Below, one piece after another: positions 52,704 to 56,366 of a stretch of DNA of 56,366 bases (position 1 is the stretch's first letter; the number at the start of each line of letters is the position of its first letter). Position numbers and translations under genes: made by a program. Origin of the DNA: an uncultured Methanosarcinales archaeon. Its GTDB lineage: Archaea > Nanobdellota > Nanobdellia > Woesearchaeales > UBA525. The stretch lies in assembly GCA_964589765.1 (NCBI GenBank), contig CAZPUM010000004.1, positions 1-56,366 of the forward strand, given 5' to 3'. Under the pieces are notes generated by a model that saw nothing but the letters and a program-made list of their open reading frames with translations, made no database searches and had not been told where the DNA came from.

Positions 52704-52871
52704 TCAAGTTCCCTCATTCTTGTCACCCTCTGTTTTACCCATAAAATCCGTTAACTGTCTACACTTCTGCCTATCCTTGTAAGACACTTTAGAAACCTCT
52801 TTTTTCTTAATGCGAGCCAATTTAGCCTTCTCATCTTCAAACATCGGAACATACTTGGCTTTCCAACTCAT
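52704..52871 (-). CDS. 55-aa basic micro-protein
   Basis: Hand translation (MSWKAKYVPMFEDEKAKLARIKKKEVSKVSYKDRQKCRQ...). ATGA overlap with the HNH gene stop. Confidence 0.4.
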   Translation of the reverse strand: MSWKAKYVPMFEDEKAKLARIKKKEVSKVSYKDRQKCRQLTDFMGKTEGDKNEGT

Positions 52872-53200
52872 TTTCTACCACCTTTTTCTTTGCGGAACAT
52901 CTTCCACACTGTTGAATCAGTTGACACCTTTATAATTCTTTCGCTCACATTATACTTGCTAATTTTTTGATGACACGACCTACAAAGAGTTTGCAAATCA
53001 AAGATAGACTCTTTGCCAAAAACTGAAGGATAATTTTTATGATGCACTTGAAGCTCGTGCTCAGAACCACAACGAGTGCACTTGTAATGGTCATACGCCT
53101 TTCTGACATCTGCAAGACGCTTCCACTTTGCACTCTTTATATAAGATAAATACTCAGACTTCTTGTTCACATTCGCCACTGGAGAAAATCTTCCCACCAA
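52868..53200 (-). CDS. HNH endonuclease
   Basis: 'CTRCGSEHELQVHHKNY...LQTLCRSCHQKI'. Confidence 0.75.
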   Translation of the reverse strand: MVGRFSPVANVNKKSEYLSYIKSAKWKRLADVRKAYDHYKCTRCGSEHELQVHHKNYPSVFGKESIFDLQTLCRSCHQKISKYNVSERIIKVSTDSTVWKMFRKEKGGRK

Positions 53201-53474
53201 TCCAAAACACCTCCATCAGTATGATTACAATCGATGCACCAACAACAAACCCTGCAAACACAACCCCAACATCTGATAAACCTACAAAAACCGCCAAAGA
53301 CAACAGAACTGCAGAAAGAAATAGGTTGCTATCCATGCCACGCTCCAAAGCGCCTGCGGCGCTCAAGAGCGCGGCCATAACTGACAGAAAATAAGCAGAC
53401 ATAGACCATAAAACCACGGATACTAAACTATATTCAACTAAACTTACCATTCTGCTCCACTCTATCCCTTTCAA
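53154..53474 (-). CDS. polytopic small membrane protein (start uncertain)
   Basis: ORF track. Confidence 0.5.
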   Translation of the reverse strand: MKGIEWSRMVSLVEYSLVSVVLWSMSAYFLSVMAALLSAAGALERGMDSNLFLSAVLLSLAVFVGLSDVGVVFAGFVVGASIVIILMEVFWIGGKIFSSGECEQEV

Positions 53475-53631
53475 GTTTTCTTGAATACCTGCTACACATA
53501 CTGAGATGAATCTCCCTTATGGCAGGAATATGTCCATCCAATATATAGCAACCACACTCTAACTTTGTAAACACTCTGTGACCTTCTCTAATCTTCATCA
53601 TATCCAACCTCCCATTAAACTCACAAACCAA
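53434..53631 (-). CDS. small hypothetical protein
   Basis: ORF track. Confidence 0.45.
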   Translation of the reverse strand: MVCEFNGRLDMMKIREGHRVFTKLECGCYILDGHIPAIREIHLSMCSRYSRKLERDRVEQNGKFS

Positions 53632-53848
53632 CCTCCAGATTTTTCACTTCCCACTCGACATATTTATTGCAAACCGGACATTTCACCAGTAAAACATAAT
53701 ATTTCAATACTGCAGGACGCTTGCCTTTCCTGGGCACTTCTTTCTGTTTTTGTCTCAAAAGCAAGTCACACTTCGGACTTACATCACCATGGCTGCTACA
53801 AACAAATCCGCAACTCACAGAGTCATACTCAAATTCAAACGTTGTCAT
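53621..53848 (-). CDS. small Cys-containing (zinc-binding?) protein
   Basis: ORF track. 'CGFVC...KCD...KCPVCNKY'. ATGA overlap with the helicase gene. Confidence 0.55.
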   Translation of the reverse strand: MTTFEFEYDSVSCGFVCSSHGDVSPKCDLLLRQKQKEVPRKGKRPAVLKYYVLLVKCPVCNKYVEWEVKNLEVGL

Positions 53849-55557
53849 ATTCTATCAACTCCTTTATTTAATGCCTCTTCTATGCCTGGCTCTAAAATCC
53901 TAATCTTAGAAGAAAAAAAATAATCAACTAACTGCTGCGCCATCTTTTGCTGTTTTAAATCCTGAACAGGCTCAAAACTTTCCAAAGTAGAATGAACCTC
54001 CCATCCCCTAAACACTTGAGATACATTCCAACACATTGAATAACACTTATTTTGCAATTTAACTAAATCCTTCAACATGCTATCTCTTGAAGTATAACTA
54101 ACGCCCATTTCAGGCACAAAAACTTTGGAAAACTCTCCCGCCTTGGCCCTATTATATAAATCCCATCTAACTTGATGAGTCCACCAAGAAGGAGGATCAT
54201 ACTTATGACTTCCAGTGAATTTTCTTGAAAACATGTACAAAGCACCTATTGCCTTTAGAGCATTCTTACCATATCTAGAAATAAATAAAGCCTTCATTTT
54301 ATTAACTGCATAAGTAGGATCAACATCTGCATCATCAAGAGGATTGATATCCCTACTAACATATCCCATCTGCACCCTGGCGAACGCTGCAGGAGAAGAC
54401 CTCTCAGCACGAGCCATACATTTTTGCAGAATAGAATCATCATTCTCAGCACCTATAAATGAACAAACCATTTTTCCCTTAACAGGACCATTACCTGAAG
54501 AAGCATCGACTTTAGTTTTATCTAAAATTTGCAAATGTTTCTGCATCAAATTTTTTATGGCCACGGTATAAGATTGATGATTATTGCCTGCATTAGTACT
54601 AACAGACTTCATCATCTCATCCACAAGCACCGCTCGCTTTTCTGAAAACATCTTGCTCTCAACACCTTCTTTGTGAGAAACAAGCCAACCCTTACCTGCA
54701 GAAGCAGTAGCTGACTCAAATGAACCTCCTATTAAATCACAAACTAAAAATTTCAAAACAGACGTCTTACCTGCCTGAGACGGGCCAAAATATATGGTAT
54801 TAAAAACCGCCCAGTTCTCTCTATGAGCCATTGCAGAAGCCATCATAGAAAGCATTGTGATTTCAGAAAACAAAGATTCATCAGTATCTGCGTGCCTCAT
54901 AGGAATCAACTCTTTCCAACTCACCAACTTAGATAAGACATCTTCCGCCAAATCATAAGACTCATTTATAACCTCAAAGTCTTGTATGATGAAGTAATTA
55001 ACCTGTTTCCTAAAATCACCACTAGCATCTATAAGCATCCCTTTAAGATTAAGAAAATCAGAATTCTCAAACTTACGAACCAAATCATCAAAATCCTCCT
55101 TCTTACAAGGAACAAACACCCTAAGCTCGCCACTCATAGTTGTAGGATAAACAACCATTTCAAAACCTTCCAAAGACTTCCTACCTCTAACAACCCCTCT
55201 CAAAGATCTTGATATCTCGTACCAATAATAAATACTGTCTCCCCGACGCTGAACAAGATCGAAAACTCCATGACCTGTGTTAACAACTCCGCCATAACGA
55301 ACCACTATGTCATCTGTATGCACCACCAACATCTGAGGAGAAAGTTCTCTTAAAGAAGAAGAATCGTTATCTGATTCCAACCATTGTCTTAATGAGTTCA
55401 GAATATCCCATCCACTCACAGACTCAAGTCCATTCACAGAAACCACAACACCGCTGTCTCTTAGAGAAGATTCACAAGACTTCATCTTCTTAAAAACATC
55501 TTCTAAAGCATAATTTTCACCCATACCTAACTTCAAGAAACCTGCATCGTACGCCAT
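53845..55557 (-). CDS. P-loop NTPase, superfamily-3-helicase-like putative replicative helicase
   Basis: Walker A 'GPSQAGKTS', Walker B 'AVLVDEM', motif-C-like 'CSFIGAEN'. About 270-aa N-terminal domain of unknown type. Confidence 0.55.
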   Translation of the reverse strand: MAYDAGFLKLGMGENYALEDVFKKMKSCESSLRDSGVVVSVNGLESVSGWDILNSLRQWLESDNDSSSLRELSPQMLVVHTDDIVVRYGGVVNTGHGVFDLVQRRGDSIYYWYEISRSLRGVVRGRKSLEGFEMVVYPTTMSGELRVFVPCKKEDFDDLVRKFENSDFLNLKGMLIDASGDFRKQVNYFIIQDFEVINESYDLAEDVLSKLVSWKELIPMRHADTDESLFSEITMLSMMASAMAHRENWAVFNTIYFGPSQAGKTSVLKFLVCDLIGGSFESATASAGKGWLVSHKEGVESKMFSEKRAVLVDEMMKSVSTNAGNNHQSYTVAIKNLMQKHLQILDKTKVDASSGNGPVKGKMVCSFIGAENDDSILQKCMARAERSSPAAFARVQMGYVSRDINPLDDADVDPTYAVNKMKALFISRYGKNALKAIGALYMFSRKFTGSHKYDPPSWWTHQVRWDLYNRAKAGEFSKVFVPEMGVSYTSRDSMLKDLVKLQNKCYSMCWNVSQVFRGWEVHSTLESFEPVQDLKQQKMAQQLVDYFFSSKIRILEPGIEEALNKGVDRI

Positions 55558-55581
55558 CTACATAATATCCAGAACGAAGTC

Positions 55582-55591
55582 AGTTAAATAG
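55582..55591 (-). promoter_or_regulatory. TATA-box-like element
   Basis: Minus CTATTTAACT, 25-34 nt upstream of ATG 55557. Confidence 0.4.
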
Positions 55592-55633
55592 ATTTCCATA
55601 GCCAATAATATCCATCATCACACAATAACTGCA

Positions 55634-55714
55634 TTATACATTATTAATCTACTACCACACCCACCCACTATAGTATATATTACAAATATTACAATATACA
55701 ATAATAATGTATAA
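55634..55714. repeat. 13-bp perfect inverted repeat (55634-55646 / 55702-55714) flanking an AT-rich core
   Basis: TTATACATTATTA and TAATAATGTATAA. The spacer contains 'ccacacccacccac' and 'tatagtatatattacaaatattacaatatac'. Confidence 0.8.
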
Positions 55715-55817
55715 CTACATTCTGTGTGTTTTACAACACCCTGGTGGCCTCTGGTTGCAGAATATTATTGATTATTGCTTCTGTTGTATAAGTTCTTTAA
55801 ATATTATCACTATAAAA

Positions 55818-56132
55818 TCACAAATTTTCTTTAGCCTTACTAATTTTCTCTCTCAATCTGTTAACTTCTGACCTTAGAACTGTATTTTCATTTCTAAGCT
55901 CTCCTAAATATCCAGAGGGGTCCAAATTTTTCAAATCCTCGTTCCTTTGTTCCAACTCTAAAGCCATTTTCTGTAACTTCTTACCTTCTCTATCCCATTT
56001 AGGTTTCTCGAACTTATACTGTTTTAGACAATTTAGAACCTTAACCCAATCTACCGGACTATGATATCCTGATCCAGGATACAATTCTTTCACCCCTTCA
56101 TACACATCATCCGGAATATTTTTCAAACTCAT
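55818..56132 (-). CDS. coiled-coil hypothetical protein
   Basis: ORF track 55818..56165. Start moved to ATG 56132, 23-30 nt downstream of the TATA. The longer form would include the promoter. Confidence 0.6.
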   Translation of the reverse strand: MSLKNIPDDVYEGVKELYPGSGYHSPVDWVKVLNCLKQYKFEKPKWDREGKKLQKMALELEQRNEDLKNLDPSGYLGELRNENTVLRSEVNRLREKISKAKENL

Positions 56133-56147
56133 ACACCCCCTTAACCA

Positions 56148-56162
56148 TAACTTGTATTTAAA
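56148..56162 (-). promoter_or_regulatory. class-1 promoter motif
   Basis: Plus TAACTTGTATTTAAA. Confidence 0.5.
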
Positions 56163-56192
56163 CACTCTGTTTCTTTATAAACAAACCACACT

Positions 56193-56304
56193 TAATCATA
56201 TACTAATCATTAATCTTGCTAAACATATAGTTTAAACAAGATACTTCTAAAACCCTGTACCACCAATAAAACACACTTACAAGCATCATTAACGAATCAT
56301 TAAC
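56193..56304. repeat. dispersed 'AATCATTAA / ATCATTAAC' short repeats near the window end
   Basis: Copies at 56193-56200 (partial), 56205-56213, 56285-56293 and 56296-56304 (the last two 11 nt apart). Confidence 0.6.
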
Positions 56305-56366
56305 AATCAAATTCCCTACCCGTATAACCCCTAAATTTACAGAGTACGAGCTCTGTACCGGCCAGT

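Noticed and set aside
56315-56366. Short hairpin CAGAG-tacgag-CTCTG and the G+C-rich last 25 nt, as a possible terminal structure.
   Set aside because: It is only a 5-bp stem at the very edge of the window. It cannot be distinguished from chance or from an assembly or vector boundary.

Overview
AT-rich 56.4-kb window. Every credible gene lies on the minus strand. Genes are tightly packed, with many ATGA/GTGA stop-start overlaps and GGAGGTG-type Shine-Dalgarno (SD) sites inside operons. TTTAAATA-type TATA boxes sit about 20-30 nt upstream of the first ATG of each operon, which is an archaeal, largely leaderless layout. The content reads as an archaeal virus, provirus or plasmid-like element rather than core chromosome.

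Main contents:
- A P-loop packaging-type ATPase split by two LAGLIDADG inteins, followed by a Cas4-like nuclease.
- An SF3-helicase-like NTPase next to an AT-rich origin-like spacer, and a possible minimal AEP primase.
- HNH, RHH and many zinc-finger micro-proteins.
- A long block of secreted or membrane-anchored, N-x-S/T-dense giant proteins and fibre-like coiled-coil proteins.
- A GT-C and a GT2 glycosyltransferase.
- Two tandem 56-aa hydrophobic coat-like genes that are absent from the ORF track.

I recognised no rRNA, canonical tRNA, CRISPR array, integrase, or HK97-type capsid, portal or tail genes, so a non-tailed virion type (spindle, pleomorphic or filamentous) is my inference.

Most unusual observations:
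1. Three tandem paralogs fuse DNA-binding repeats and a double-LAGLIDADG scaffold to a Mom-like (GNAT-fold) DNA-modification domain.
2. A 12-member gene family shares a near-identical N-terminal 'GW-x3-S-x-RHSLAAKG' tag in front of unrelated bodies.
3. A G+C-rich, hairpin-dense noncoding cassette carries a duplicated promoter and a duplicated 3' flank of the first Mom-like gene.
4. An in-frame TAG splits the GT-C glycosyltransferase from its first TM helix and DE motif.
5. A compositionally foreign G+C-rich island (about 100-1650) contains repeated micro-cassettes and a tRNA-like minihelix.

All domain calls come from motif recognition by eye. No searches were run.
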